From positions 9,672,001-9,736,000 of the forward strand of contig CM059445.1 in NCBI GenBank assembly GCA_030390025.1: a DNA stretch of 64,000 bases. The letters run 5' to 3'. The notes under the pieces were generated by a model, which worked only from the letters and a program-made list of their open reading frames with translations, searched no databases and was not told the origin of the DNA. A program made the translations under genes and the position numbers. Each line of letters opens with the position of its first letter. Positions within the stretch are counted from its first letter, which is position 1. The DNA comes from Squalus acanthias (Eukaryota). Of the stretch, positions 48,615 to 61,293 are shown one piece after another.

Positions 48615-49115
48615 CAGGTTTGGTGCAGGGAGGGAAAAGAAACCTTAAACAAACCACACTATTGAAATAAGAGTGCAGAGAGGTGCTCACATGCATGCTA
48701 TTGGTCAGCATGGCTGCTTATCCGACAGCTGTAAGGAGCGCTCGAAGATACCGGACCAGTGAATAGTGACAAAAGCAGAACAGGAGGAAAGGAGGAAAGT
48801 CTTAAAATGGAGCATGCAAAATAAGAGATTAGTGTCCGAAAGCAAAGAGAAGGATGGCCAAAGGGTTGGTACAGAAAGTAACCACTGCACAACTGCTACA
48901 TCAAAGCAACTAATCCTGATTGGGGCAATAGCACTCTAAGCCAGTGCAGCAGGAACTAGGAGTAACCATTTCCCAAATATAACGGGACCTTGGGGAAAAG
49001 CATTAAACTGAATAGGAAAGTCTCGACTAATATTTGCCCCACTAATCAAGTTAATTTGAGCCAATTTACAAAGCCACTGGAGACAGCAAAAAAAATGCTA
49101 AATGTCTGCGTTACT

Positions 49116-49984
49116 TAGAAAAATAGGAGCAGGAGTAGGCCCTTCGAGCCTGCTCCGCCATTCAATATGGTCATGGCTGATCCTCTATCTCAATACTATA
49201 TTCCCGCTCTCTCCCCATACCCCTTGACGCCTTTTGTGTCCAGAAATCTATTATCTCCTTCTTAAATATATTCAGTGACTTGGCCTCCACAGCCTTCTGT
49301 GGTAGAGAATTCCACAGGTTCACCACCCTCTGAGTGAAGAAATTTCTCCTCATCTCAGTCCTAAATGTCCTACCCCGTATCCTGAGGCTGTGACCCCTCG
49401 CTCTAGACCCCCCAGCCAGGGGAAACATCCTCCTTGCATCCAGTCTGTCTAGCCCTGTCAGAATTTTATACGATTCAATGAGATCCCCTCTCATTCTTCT
49501 AAACTCTAGTGAATACAGACCTAGTCGACTCAATCTCTCCTCATACGACAGTCCTGCCATCCCAGGAATCAGTCTGGTGAACCTTCGCTGTACTCCCTCT
49601 ATGGCAAGTATATCCTTTCTTAGGTAAGGAGACCAAAACTGCACACAGTACTCCAGGTGTGGTCTCACCAAGGCCCTGTATAACTGTAGGAAGACATCCT
49701 TGCTCCTGTACTCAAATCCTCTTGCAATGAAGGCCAACATACCATTTGCCTTCCTAACTGCTTGCTGCACCTGCATGTTTGCTTTCAGTGACTGGTGTAC
49801 AAGGACACCCAGGTCCCTCTATACATCAACATTTCCCAATCTATCACCATTTAAATAATACTCTGCCTTGCTGTTTGTCCTACCGAAGTGGATAACTTCA
49901 CATTTATCCACGTTATACTGCATCTGCCATGTATTTGCCCACTCACTCAACTTGTCTAAATTGCCCTGAAGCCTCTTTGCATCA
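49116..49984 (-). mobile_element. 5'-truncated CR1
   Basis: 201-aa RT C-terminal ORF 49171..49776; CR1 tail at about 49116-49200. Confidence 0.9.
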
Positions 49985-50097
49985 ACAAATCTTTAACAAT
50001 TGTTACAGGCAGTCTAAAAGTTGCAGTATCTAGGCTATGATCTACCTTGAGTAGACAGAAGCAAACTCCTCTGTTGTATAATATCACGAATCTTCCT

Positions 50098-50898
50098 GTT
50101 ATCCACTTTGGTGGCAGAAACAGGAAGGCAGATTATTATCTGAACGGCAATAGATTGGGAGAAGGGGAAGTGCAACGAGACCTGGGTGCCCTTGTGCACC
50201 AGTCGCTGAAGGTAAGCATGCAGGTGCAGCAGGCGGTTAAGAAGGCAAATGGTATGTTGGCCTTCATAGCGAGAGGATTCAAGTACAGGAGCAAGGATGT
50301 CTTGCTGCAGTTGTACAGGGCCTTGGTGAGACCACACCTTGAGTATTGTGTGCAGTTTTGGTCACCTTATCTGAGGAAGGATGTTCTTGCCATGGAGGGA
50401 GTGCAGCGAAGATTCACCAGACTGATACCTGGGATGGCAGGAATGACGTATGAAGAGAGATTGGGTCGATTGGGCTTGTATTCGCTGGAGTTTAGAAGAA
50501 TGAGAGGGGATCTCATTGAAACTTATAAAATTCTAACAGGACTAGACAGACTAGATGCAGGAAGGCTGGTCCCGATGGCGGGGGAGTCCAGAACCAGGGG
50601 GTCACAGTCTAAGGATAAGGGGTAAGCCATTTCGGACTGAGATGAGGAGGAATTTCTTCACCCAGAGAGTGGTGAACCTGTGGAATTCTCTACCACAAAA
50701 GGCAGTTGAGGCCAATTCATTAAATATATTCAAGAAGGAGTTAGATATATTTCTTAAGGCTAAAGGGACCAAGGGATATGGGGAGAAAGCAGGGACAGGG
50801 TACTGAATTTGGATGATCAGCCATGATCTCATTAAATGGCGGAGCAGGCTCGAGGGGCCGAATGGCCTACTCCTGCTCCTATCTTCTATGTTTCTATG
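50098..50898 (+). mobile_element. 5'-truncated young CR1 (same subfamily as 20228-21211)
   Basis: Closely similar to 20409-21211 by eye; RT C-terminal ORF and ctatgtttctatg tail. Confidence 0.9.
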
Positions 50899-51309
50899 TT
50901 AACTGGGAACAGCGACCGCACTGTCTGTGCTTATAGCAGTCAGGATACCAACTCTCCTATCCCACTGAAGGCTGCTGCTAACCTCTTGGTAATAGGCTGC
51001 ATGCGAGGATCCCCCGAGGTCATGACCTTGGGAGACAACTGTATTGATGCAGATATCATATACGTACTCATTTTATATTCATAAAAGATTATTGCAATTT
51101 AATCCGATCCAACCAATTACTAATTTTGCATATTTAATTTCATGCTTGGAACTAAGATCTATTTAAAAAGGTCTATTAAAGGAAACAAGCTCAGTATTCA
51201 GATGAATGTTTATTGTGCCATTAAGGCAAAAGGTATCAGGGCCAGGGATAAGTCGTCCTCATCTTTTGAATGCAATTTATCCTCCACGTACACTAGGAAC
51301 TGACAAATC

Positions 51310-52115
51310 ATAACAACTTGCATTTATATAGCACCTTTTATGTAGTAAAACGTCCCAAGGCGCTTCACAGGAACATTATCAGACAAAATTTGACATCGAG
51401 CTACACAAGATACTAGGACAGGTGACCAAAAGCTTGGTCAAAGAGGTGGATTTTAAGGAGCGTCTTGAAAAAGGAGAGAGGGGTGGAGAGGTTTAGGGAA
51501 GGAATTCCAGAGCTTAGGGCCCAGGCAGCTGAAGGCACGGCCACCAATGGTGGAGCGATTAAAATCATGGATGCGCAAGAGGGCAGAATTCGAGGAGCGC
51601 AGAGATCTCGGAGAGTTGCAGGGCTAGAGGAGATTACAGAGATAGGGAGGGGCGAGGCCATTGAGGGTTTTGAAAACCAGGCTGAGAATTTTAAAATTGA
51701 GCTGTTGCCAGACCGGGAGCCAATGTAGATCAGCAAGCACAAGGGTGACACGGGTGAATAGGACTTGGTGTGAGTGCGATATGGAGAGCAGAGTTTTGGA
51801 TGAGCTCAAGGTTATGGAGGGTGGAAGATGGGAGGCCGGCCAGGAGAACATTGGAATAGTCAAGTCTAGAGGTAACAAAGGCATAGAATGAGGGTTTCAG
51901 CAGAGGATGAGGTGAGGCAAGGGCGGAGACGGGCGATGTTACGGAGGTGGAAGTAGGCAGTCTTGGTGATGGAGCGGATATGTAGTCAGAAGCACATCTC
52001 TGGGTCAAATACGACACCAAGGTTGCGAACTGTCTGGTTCCGTTGACAGGGAGAGGGATGGAATCAATGGCTAGGGAACAGAGTTCGTTGCGGGGACCGA
52101 AGACAATGGCTTCGA
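51310..52115 (-). mobile_element. L2 LINE 3' part
   Basis: AFVTSRLDYSNVLLAGLP and LADLHWLPV remnants; tail (rc) gctatataaatgcaagttgtt; short copy of the same tail at 57811-57875. Confidence 0.85.
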
Positions 52116-54654
52116 ACCAATGGCAAACCATCCAACTGGGGTGAAACTACTGAGCAACTCATTTCCTACACTGCAAAGGCCACACAATCTTCCTCTACTA
52201 CACAAAACTGTACCCGCAAACCAGTTTCCCCACCTAATGTTTTCCTCTCCTGCTGGGGCATGGTTCCACAAGGGTTGTCAGCCCGCCACTACCTTGACCA
52301 AAAGACCATTCTTCATGTATGAGCCTATTCAACTACAGGGGCATCACAACTGACCCAGTTCTGTTCTCAGCCAACAATTCACATATGCCTGTTTTCCAAC
52401 CGGGGGGGGGTCACTGGGCAATAAAGAGAGGGAACCGTGGTGGATTTATATTCCTAATCCCTTGTCGAGGATAGCTGAAGCTAACTAGTACCGCAATTGC
52501 TAAGATCAGCTAACTAAGCACAGACTCTGGATCAAACCGGAGACATTCTGGTCTGTACGGTGTAGTATCACATTAACCCATCAGGGAGCAGTCCCCATTC
52601 TGTTACACAATGAGGAAGACCATATTGAAGATAGGCTATTTTACTCTCTTGCCCTTTTTGTTCATCATCCACGTACAGCAAATATACAAAAGTGTTATCA
52701 GGAAACAAAGTGGATTAACTCTGATTTGGCCCGACGATCTGCCTTAAGGATCAAGAATGGAAGAATCGAAGTCTCTCCTTTTGAAAACAAATCCAGAATA
52801 GACTGGCTCCACGGGCATACCGTCTGAATGCGATTCAACACAGCTAGAATACAATGAGCTTCCATTTGTCGTTGATCCTTTAGCTCATTAAGGGATGCAA
52901 GCGATGACAATACTCTGCAAAGTGACCCTCTCCAAACAAGATGGTGTCTAGATTTATGCAATTCTCAATTGCTGTTACAATGCATCAGAACTCTCAAGAA
53001 CGTTATGCAGTGAAATCTGCACTCAATTTCTGCATCAGAAACAATTACAGCACAACCACCTCATAGGAAAGGCAAAATTCCAAGATAAAATTCGGCGAGC
53101 GCCAAATAGAAACAGGGTGAATCTGCCGTGAGATCTTGGAAACGCTCGACTTGATGTGCCTAAACTAAATCGCAGGTGTGTCCGCCTTAAGTGCAAGAAA
53201 TTTAAGGCCATAAATTGAAACAGGCCCAGGGAGGATGATGGAGAAGGTGCTGAAGGCCCACAGCAATGTTGAGAGTCAGACAAAGGGCTTGACTGTCCCG
53301 ATTCCTTTCATGAACTTGATACCAGAAGATGCTCATCTCTAAGGCTGAGGCTTTAGTTCACTTGCTGGAGACACTCCTAGAGAGATGGCTATTTTCACCT
53401 TCAATCCAGTACAGAGCCATAGTACTGCCCAGTGTTTCTTGAAACAGTTCGGTCCTGCAACGGAGTACAATGCCTTACTCGAAACAAATCTCATTTGCAG
53501 CGTCGGTGCTCATCTTCTGATAGAATGGCGTCCTCCAATCTTCAAGGAAATAAATCTTCCACAACAGGAGGAGAGATATTTGAAGCCTGGTGCGGGCCAT
53601 GTAACGGAGCACTTTATTGCTCCAATAAATAGACCACAAGCAGAACAAAGAACTTCCAGCAAGTCAGGACGAATGAGGACTCCCTGAAGCTTCGCAAGTT
53701 GGAATTAGCCTGCTCTGGAGCTCAAAGTTTACTTTTCGACTTTTTGTTTTGGCAGAGCAACCACTGCTTGCAAGACTTTTAAGCAGTGCGGGATGGAATG
53801 AAGCAGAGAGGGGAGCACCCGATGCTCACTAGTTGAGTAAAAGCACACACATTCTGGAGTGCATTTCACTGCTGCAGGGGGATGGCTTCATTGCACAACC
53901 TCCCTTAATATCTTAGCTCAGATTTTTCAATGAAGCAACTATCATTACTTTCTCTTAACCCAAGTGCAATGCATTAAATGAAATATTCTCGTTAGATTCC
54001 CCTTTGAAAGATTTCTAAAATGTTCCATACTCTTTCTTATAAAAATGTATCTAGGAATATTACATGGTGGGGGGCTTTCCCCCTTTTTTGAAGGAGGGGG
54101 TACTTTGTGGGCAGTAGTACACTTTCTGGGATGCATTCTTGGAGTTTCCCTTTAAACCTTCTTTTGGCGCTAGACTGGTTAATGATGAAAAAGGCAGGTT
54201 ACTCAAGGGCACTGTTGGAGACACTGCTGGAAAAGGCATATGATCCATATACAATATAAAAGCACCTTAAAGGGTCACCAATACTGTAATGTTCCTTTAC
54301 ATTCTCTCAGTCTTCCCACCCAACTTTCCCGGCTATTGATAAACTTGGGACTATATTGTGTACATGAAGTGCACGATACTGTAAAACAAAAATTGGATTT
54401 TCACAAGGTTTATTTTAGCACATTTAATGTCAGCCCATTTGCCGTGAAAAAAAAGCCCAAATATTTGTCCCATCAATAATCTTAGCACTCGTTAAGGATG
54501 GAAACTAAAAGCAAGAATTTGTCCTGAGCTCTCAAACAAAAATAATTTAGCCCTGCATAAATTTTCCAATTTATAATAATAAGGTAATTCAGGATCACCA
54601 TTTCACTAAATATATCTGATAACTTCAGCCTTTGATTAAAAAGCTCTGAGCATA

Positions 54655-54785
54655 TTAAGGGAATCAAGGGGTATGGAGATAGTGCGGGGAGGTGGAGTTG
54701 AGGTAGAAGACCAGCCATGATCTTGTTGAATGGTGGAGCAGGCTGGAAGGGCCGAATGGCCTACTCCTATTTCTTATGTTCTGAT
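54655..54785 (+). mobile_element. CR1 3' tail
   Basis: ggaatcaagggg...cagccatgatc...gaatggcctactcct. Confidence 0.75.
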
Positions 54786-55919
54786 GACTGGCTAATCAGT
54801 CCAAGAAAGGTTTGGCGGCTGCTGCTGAACATCAGTTAACCCAGTTAATACGGCAGCTTCCCCTCTCGTTATTATACTAACATGTCGCTCCAGACACAAT
54901 CCAAGCTTAGAGTGACAAAACCTGCATTTCCTCTGCCGGGCGCTTTAGTTCAAGGGGCCCGTAGCACCGAAATTTCACACGCCCACCGAAACCCTGGTAA
55001 CAACACTGCACAAGGCGAGACACCTGGGGTATTATTAACGCAGAGACTCGGGGAGTATCTCCGAGAGCATTAACCTCCCGTATAAGTTTTTCCTGTAGTT
55101 CCCAGAGACTGTTTTACACGAAAACAGAAAACCCTGGACCCACACAGAAAGTCAATGTCTGCAAGGAAAAGGCAATGTTTTGGGGTGGGTGGGGGGGGAC
55201 CCTCCATCGAGCCCCAACCAAGACCGTAACCTCTTTCAGACATTGACTGACCTGCTGTTTCACCAGTGTTTTCTGTGTTTATTTTAGCCGCTGATTAAAA
55301 AAAAATTTTCTAACCTTTACTTTTTTGGCCTATAAAAAGTCGAATTAGATGGTGCCTGTAGGTTGGAGGATAAATCACAGCAGAGTCAAAAGTTCCAAAA
55401 AAATAAGCTGCCACACTGTAAAAATTTGTTACTGGGTTTCATTTCCCTGTGAACTTTATCTGCACTCCACTTAAAGCATTACAAGTAAAGATCATACACA
55501 CTTACACTGCAAATGCATTAGCTATATATTTATTCAATTCAGGAGGCAGGCTAGAGTAATCCAGGGCTTGTGAGATCAGCTTCGTTCTTAGAATGTACAC
55601 TCAATGAGTCGTACCTACACCACCAGGGCATTTCAAACAGTGAAGTGCTGCACCATGCCCCACCCCCCCCTCCCACCACCCTCCCCCATCCCCGGGGGTC
55701 CCTGGAGAGGCTGCAGGGGGACCACACAGTAGGCATCATACTCTACTTATATTCTATCATAGCCTAGCTGTGACACACAGATACCACCGTGGCAGGATGA
55801 CCCCATTTCTGTCCACAGAATCAAAAAAAGTGTACAAGTCTCCTCGGGACTACAGAGCTAGCACAGAACAATTAGTTTCATAGAACTCCGCACAGTAAGG
55901 GCTTCCATCTCGCTGAGGA

Positions 55920-56304
55920 CCCATTTGCTAAAGGCAATGAGTAGCTGAGATATACAAACCAGGAAGGAGCCAGGTTCGATTCCCAGGTCTGTGAATCGGG
56001 TTAGCTGAAATCAATCGGGGAGGAAGTAGGGAGACTCCAATTGGCAGCAGTACCCCTGAGTTTTGAGAGATGGGGGAAAGGGGACAAAAAACAAAGGATA
56101 AGCTTCCTGCTCCTGATTACTATCTAGCAACCCCTAATAAAAGTGTGCGCACGCGCGCGTTGGATGGGAACAGGATTGGGCACAGCTGTAATGCCGTTTT
56201 CCCCCCTCCCATCCCGGTGGGGGGGATGAGTAACCCGATGACGCTCACCATCTAGGGTCGCACATGAAGAATGACCACTTGGGGCAAAGTACCCGAGAGC
56301 TACC
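55920..56304 (+). mobile_element. Best-preserved copy of an old tRNA-headed SINE-like family
   Basis: B-box ggttcgattccc at 55973-55984; internal motifs (gttagctga, ttcctgctcctgat, gaagaatgaccacttggg) recur at 8 or more loci in the window. Confidence 0.6.
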
Positions 56305-56462
56305 TTTCGTCAGAACTGGAAAAAGTTACAGATGTAACAGGTCTTAAGCAGGTGCCTCTCCAGTTCTGACGAATGGTCATCAACCTGAAACGTTAACTGT
56401 TTCCCTCTCCACAGATGCGGTTTCTATTTCAGATTTCTAGCATCCGCAATATTTTGCTTTTG
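56305..56462 (+). mobile_element. Penelope-like remnant with short inverted repeat and hammerhead core (same family as 35416-35518)
   Basis: 15-bp IR ttcgtcagaactgga (56306-56320) / tccagttctgacgaa (56359-56373); CTGACGA...GAAACGTT, stem I cagtt/aactg. Confidence 0.65.
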
Positions 56463-56484
56463 TACCAGGAAATTATAGAATGGT

Positions 56485-57810
56485 TCGTCTATCATCTGTT
56501 GTGGAGAAGTTATTGGAATCTATAATTAAAGACAGAGTGGCTGAGCACGTAGAGAAATTTGAGATGATTCGAGAGAGCTAACATGGATTTGTAAATGGCA
56601 GGTCATGTCTAACGAACCAAATTGAATTTTTTGAGGACGTAACTAATGTAGTAGATACGGGAATGTCTATGGATGTAGGTTTCATATACTTCCAGAAGGC
56701 ATTCGACAAGGTTCCACATAAGAGACTGTTAGCGAAAATTAAAGCTCATGGAATTGAAGGCAAATTATTGACCTGGTTAGGAGATTGATTCGGCGGTAGA
56801 AGACAGAGAGTAGGGATAATGAGTATGTACTCGAATTGGAAGGAAGTGACTAGTGGTGTCCCACAAGGATCTGTGCTGGGGCCTCAACTATTCACTATGA
56901 CTTAGATAACATAAGAGAGCGCCATATATCCAAGTTTGCCAATGACACGAAGATTGGTGGCATGGTAAGTAGTGTAGACGGGAGCATAAAATTACAAGGG
57001 GACATTGACAGATTAAGTGAGTGGGCAAAACTGTGGCAAATGGATTTCAACACAGGTAAGTGTGAGATCATCCATTATGAACCAAAAAAGGATCGATCCG
57101 AGCATTTTTTTAAATGGTGAAAAGCTAGGAACAGTGGAAATCCAAAGGGATTTAGGGGCCCATGCACAAAGATCACTAAAATGCAGTGGTCAGGTACAAA
57201 AAATAATCAAAAAGGCTAATGGCATGTTAGCCTTTATATCTAGAGGGCTAGAATATAAAAGGGGAGGACGTTTTGCTACAGCTACACAATGCCCTGTTCT
57301 AGAGTACTGTGTACAGTTCTAGGCACTGCACCTTAGAAAGGATATATTGGCCTTGGAAGGAGTGCAGCGCAGATTCACCAGAATGTTACCAGGGCTCCGA
57401 GAGTTAAATTATGAGGAGAGATTACATAAACTAGGCTTGGATTCCCTGGAATATAGAAGGTTTTTAGGATTTTGAATGGAATTGATGGGATAGATAGAGA
57501 AACATTTTCCACAGGTGAGGGTGTCTAGGACAAGGGGACATAACCTTAAAATCAGAGCCAGGTCATTCAGGAGAGAAGTTAGGAGACATTTCTTCACACA
57601 AAGGGTGGTAGAAGTGTGGAACTCTCTCCCACAAAAAGCAGTAGATGCCAGCTCAATTAATAATTTCAAATCCGAGAGCGATAGATTTTTACTAGCCAAG
57701 GGTATTAAGGGATATGGAGACAAGGCGGGTGGATGGAGTTAGGATACAGATCATTGAATGGCGGAACAGGCTCGAGGGGCTGAATGGTCTACGCCTGTTG
57801 CTATGTTCTT
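56485..57810 (+). mobile_element. Degraded 5'-truncated CR1
   Basis: FQKAFDKVPH, GVPQGSVLGP and KKANGMLAFI remnants; CR1 tail. Confidence 0.85.
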
Positions 57811-58095
57811 CAACAACTTGCATTTATATAGCACCTTTAACGTAGTAAAACGTCCCAAGGCGCTTCACAGGAGTGTTTCAGGAAAGTAGAGGGAAAAGAC
57901 TTGACAGAAAATTAGCATCAATTACACAAATTTCACCAGCTCCTCATCGCTCACCCAAATGGCCATTCTTCATGTATGACCTGGACAGTGTGGTTAAATG
58001 GGCTATTTGACCATGGGTGCAGTGCACGTGTTGCAGCCAAGCCCAAACCACTCCTCACTCAACAGACCCAAGAGAAAAAGGACTGCATTTCCTGG

Positions 58096-58096
<1 letters not shown>

Positions 58097-58147
<51 letters not shown>
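58097..58147. repeat. (TG)n microsatellite, about 25 units
   Basis: Direct observation. Confidence 0.97.
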
Positions 58148-58148
<1 letters not shown>

Positions 58149-60804
58149 TTGGTAAACTGAAAACACATTTTTACTATTGCAATACTAATATTACAGATGT
58201 CACAAATACTGGCAATACTTGAACACTGAGAAATCCTAAAATTTGAAACAACATATAGAAGGGCGCTGTTGCGTGTTTTAGGCAATTACAACAATGCTTG
58301 GTAAAGTCGGTCAATACATTTTAATCAAGACAATGTGGCAGAATACGATTTCCTTTTAACATCAACCCTTTCTCTGAGGGGTTGACGGTCGTAGTTTCTA
58401 CCTAACTGTAGTCCTCGCACTCTAGGCGATATCTGGCCTCGCTCTGCTGCTGATCTGTTTATTACCGACCTGAATCATCCCCCAGTTTACGAGAGAGTTT
58501 GGTCATTGTACGTTAATTCTTCTCCATTTGGCCATTATCCAGTGGAGGTGCAGAACATTCATTGGTGAAGCATCTCAAGGAAAATTAACTTTAAACTGAT
58601 GACTGTATATGTAATTACATTGCAAAGTGCTTGGGCTTGAAATGTGCACTTAAAACCAGGGGAAACATGAATGGCAGTAATCTCATTGCAGGATTCAGAT
58701 GATAAAATCCAATAATGAAACTGGAATGGCCATCTGAACCCAGAGCAGAGATTGCAGCCATTCAATCACTCCTGTCTATTTCCAATTTTAGTATTTTTTG
58801 GTGGGGTGGGGTATCTGGGTGGCTCAGAGAGGGGAGGGGTGGAGTGGTTAATTAATGAGTTTTCGGTGACGTTTTGATGTCACTGAGTGTCACAGTGCAC
58901 GTGTATGCTTTAAGTTCAATCACCACAAGCAGTGCTGTGCAGGGAGAACAGGCCACAGACAAAGCTGTGGATTATTACACAAGCAGAAAAATTTCAGACA
59001 TCAAAAGCTGTAGAGGCTTGCTGGGCGAGACGGACTCGAAGCAATTGGGTGCTGCAGCTATCTATTTAGATATTTAGGATCAATTAGCAGTTTAGGGCCC
59101 TGGTGTAAAGGTAGCTGTTTGCACCTTTCTCCTGAACTAGTTTTTCCTACAGTAGGTTAACACATGGTGCTTTTCAACTACAACTGCTCTCTGTGTACAA
59201 GTCTTCATTGAGAAGGTGGGGAAAGGGGGAAGGAGGAGGATGAAGAGAAAGTGCTCCCACTTCTGATTGCTATTCAGTGACCCCGCACACGTGGCCGCCA
59301 CGAGCATAGAATCAGGGCAGCTCCCACAGTCAAATAGTCTGCCGACACACACTATTCAAGTCCAAAAAGTACTGGAAGACTGCTCATGGCCAGGAATCAC
59401 ACCCCAGCCTGAGTCATTACCACGAAGGGATAACACGGGAGGGGAGGGGGAAAAAAAAAATCAAACACCAAGCGAGACAAAACTTCACCTTGGAGGATTC
59501 AGAGTTTTGGAGTATTAGTGCAGTACAGCAACATGATTACCGTACAAAAAACTACATGACCCAGATGAATGCACAAAAAGTTGCATAACAGCACAGGTAA
59601 ATTAGGAGCACCACAAAAGAGGGGCTATTGCAAAAATCATAAAAGAAAACTTTACTTTAAAAAAAATAATTTCAAAAGAATATGGGGAAAGGACCAGGGA
59701 ACGCGACTAAGTGTAAAGCTCTAAGACAGCCAGCAAAAGCAGGACGGGCCAAATGGCCTCCTTCTGTGCTATAAGATTCTATGATTTACTAACAGGTGGT
59801 GAAAAATCAATACTCTCATCCCTCCCTCCCTCTGTCCTAGGAGAAAGGAAATAGAGCAATGGTGGAAAAAAGTAGCAAAATGTGGAGAAACTGAAATGGT
59901 TTGCAAGTCCTGGTTCAATAAAAATGGCCCACGGTTCAGTTTAATGAGCAGAGTCACACTGCACTTAAAGATGCCTGTGTAACTAATCGGAAACTCTGAG
60001 TGACAAAGAAAAACGCAAAACAAAATTCAATGCGATGTACCGACGTGCATCATGGGATGTTATTATGCAATGAAGGGCTCTTGTTAAAAAAAAGACGTTA
60101 AATGGGGGGAGGCAAATATCAAAACAAGGACCGATCAAACTGGAAATCCCCTCGAATCTGCTGCCAGCAGGAGTGTATTAATCCATTCTCTTAGGAATTT
60201 ATAATTACTGACAACACTGCGTAAAAGTTAGTGCTATAGGTGAGCGTACTGGCCCGCCGAGGATTTATAATGTGGGGAGAGATTCGTATTGCTTTAAAAG
60301 GACATGACTGACTGACACCAATGGCTGACAATTAGAGGGTAATCTTTCAACCTGTACTTCCTCCGCTCCATCCAACATTGAGACGTCATTCAGCTGCAAT
60401 GATGGATTAAATAAGGACTGCTACAGAGTTGGGTGCTGCCACGTTGGTCGTGATAGGAGGTTAACTACTTGCCATGCTAAGCCCTGGCCCTTCTGCACCC
60501 AAACCACTGGGATCTGTTTTTCTTTTTTAAAAAGAGGAGCAAAAAGACCTTTCATTTTTCTTTTAAATATAAAGTTGAAGTCCTTACTTTTGCTAGAAGC
60601 CTATGTACAGTGGGGCTCCACAGGAACTGGCTCTTAAAGTGGTAGGTCAAATCTGAACAGTTGGGTCTGTCCTGATCTGCAGTTCCAACCTACGCCTTTA
60701 AGATGAGAACTCTGCACAGAAACAAGTGACCAATTTTTCTCTTTGTTTAAAAATTTTCTTTTTTTCTTTTTAAATATTTGCTCAAATACCGAATACAAAC
60801 TTAC

Positions 60805-61293
60805 TTCTCTTTTTCTTTGGATGTGGCTCATCGTCTTCAGATGGCATAGAGGAGCTTGGGGTGCACTCAGTTATGCTGCCATGGCTCAGATCTGTGGGAA
60901 TGTAGCACTCGGTCGGAGGCATTTTTTCTGTCTCTGGATTCTTCTGCACCGGTGAGGCTGGAAACCCCAGCTCTACTGTTTTGGGCTGCATTGGCTCCAA
61001 CTTCACCGTCTTACCCCCTGGCAGTGAACACAGCTCCCCCGGCAACTCCTTAACCACAGATTTGATGTGGTTTCTGATGGGCTTTGGAAGAGGGCGGTCC
61101 TGCACACAGTTCAGAGGCGCGCCCGGGCTAATGTTGGGCTTCTGGCGGATCCACTCCCTCAGGGTGTCTATCGGCGAGCCGTTGATGTGCCATTCAGTCA
61201 CCCCGAACTGTCTGAGATGGGCTCTGGCATGGCTGGCTAAAGCTTTCCGGTTTTCAAAGTAGTGGCCGCACAATTCGCAGCAAGTGTCTGCGG
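60805..61293 (-). CDS. wiz: WIZ zinc-finger exon
   Basis: ccctgcag|CC GCA GAC...AGA A|gtaagt; CELCGHYFENRKALASHARAHLRQFGVTEWHINGSPIDTLREWI; phase-1 end joins the 43370 acceptor in frame. Confidence 0.93.

Noticed and set aside
41232-61293. Assignment to the paralog ZNF644
   Set aside because: The C-terminus (EF.GPLSIQEEWVRHLQRHIL.MNF) and linkage to AKAP8L fit WIZ better
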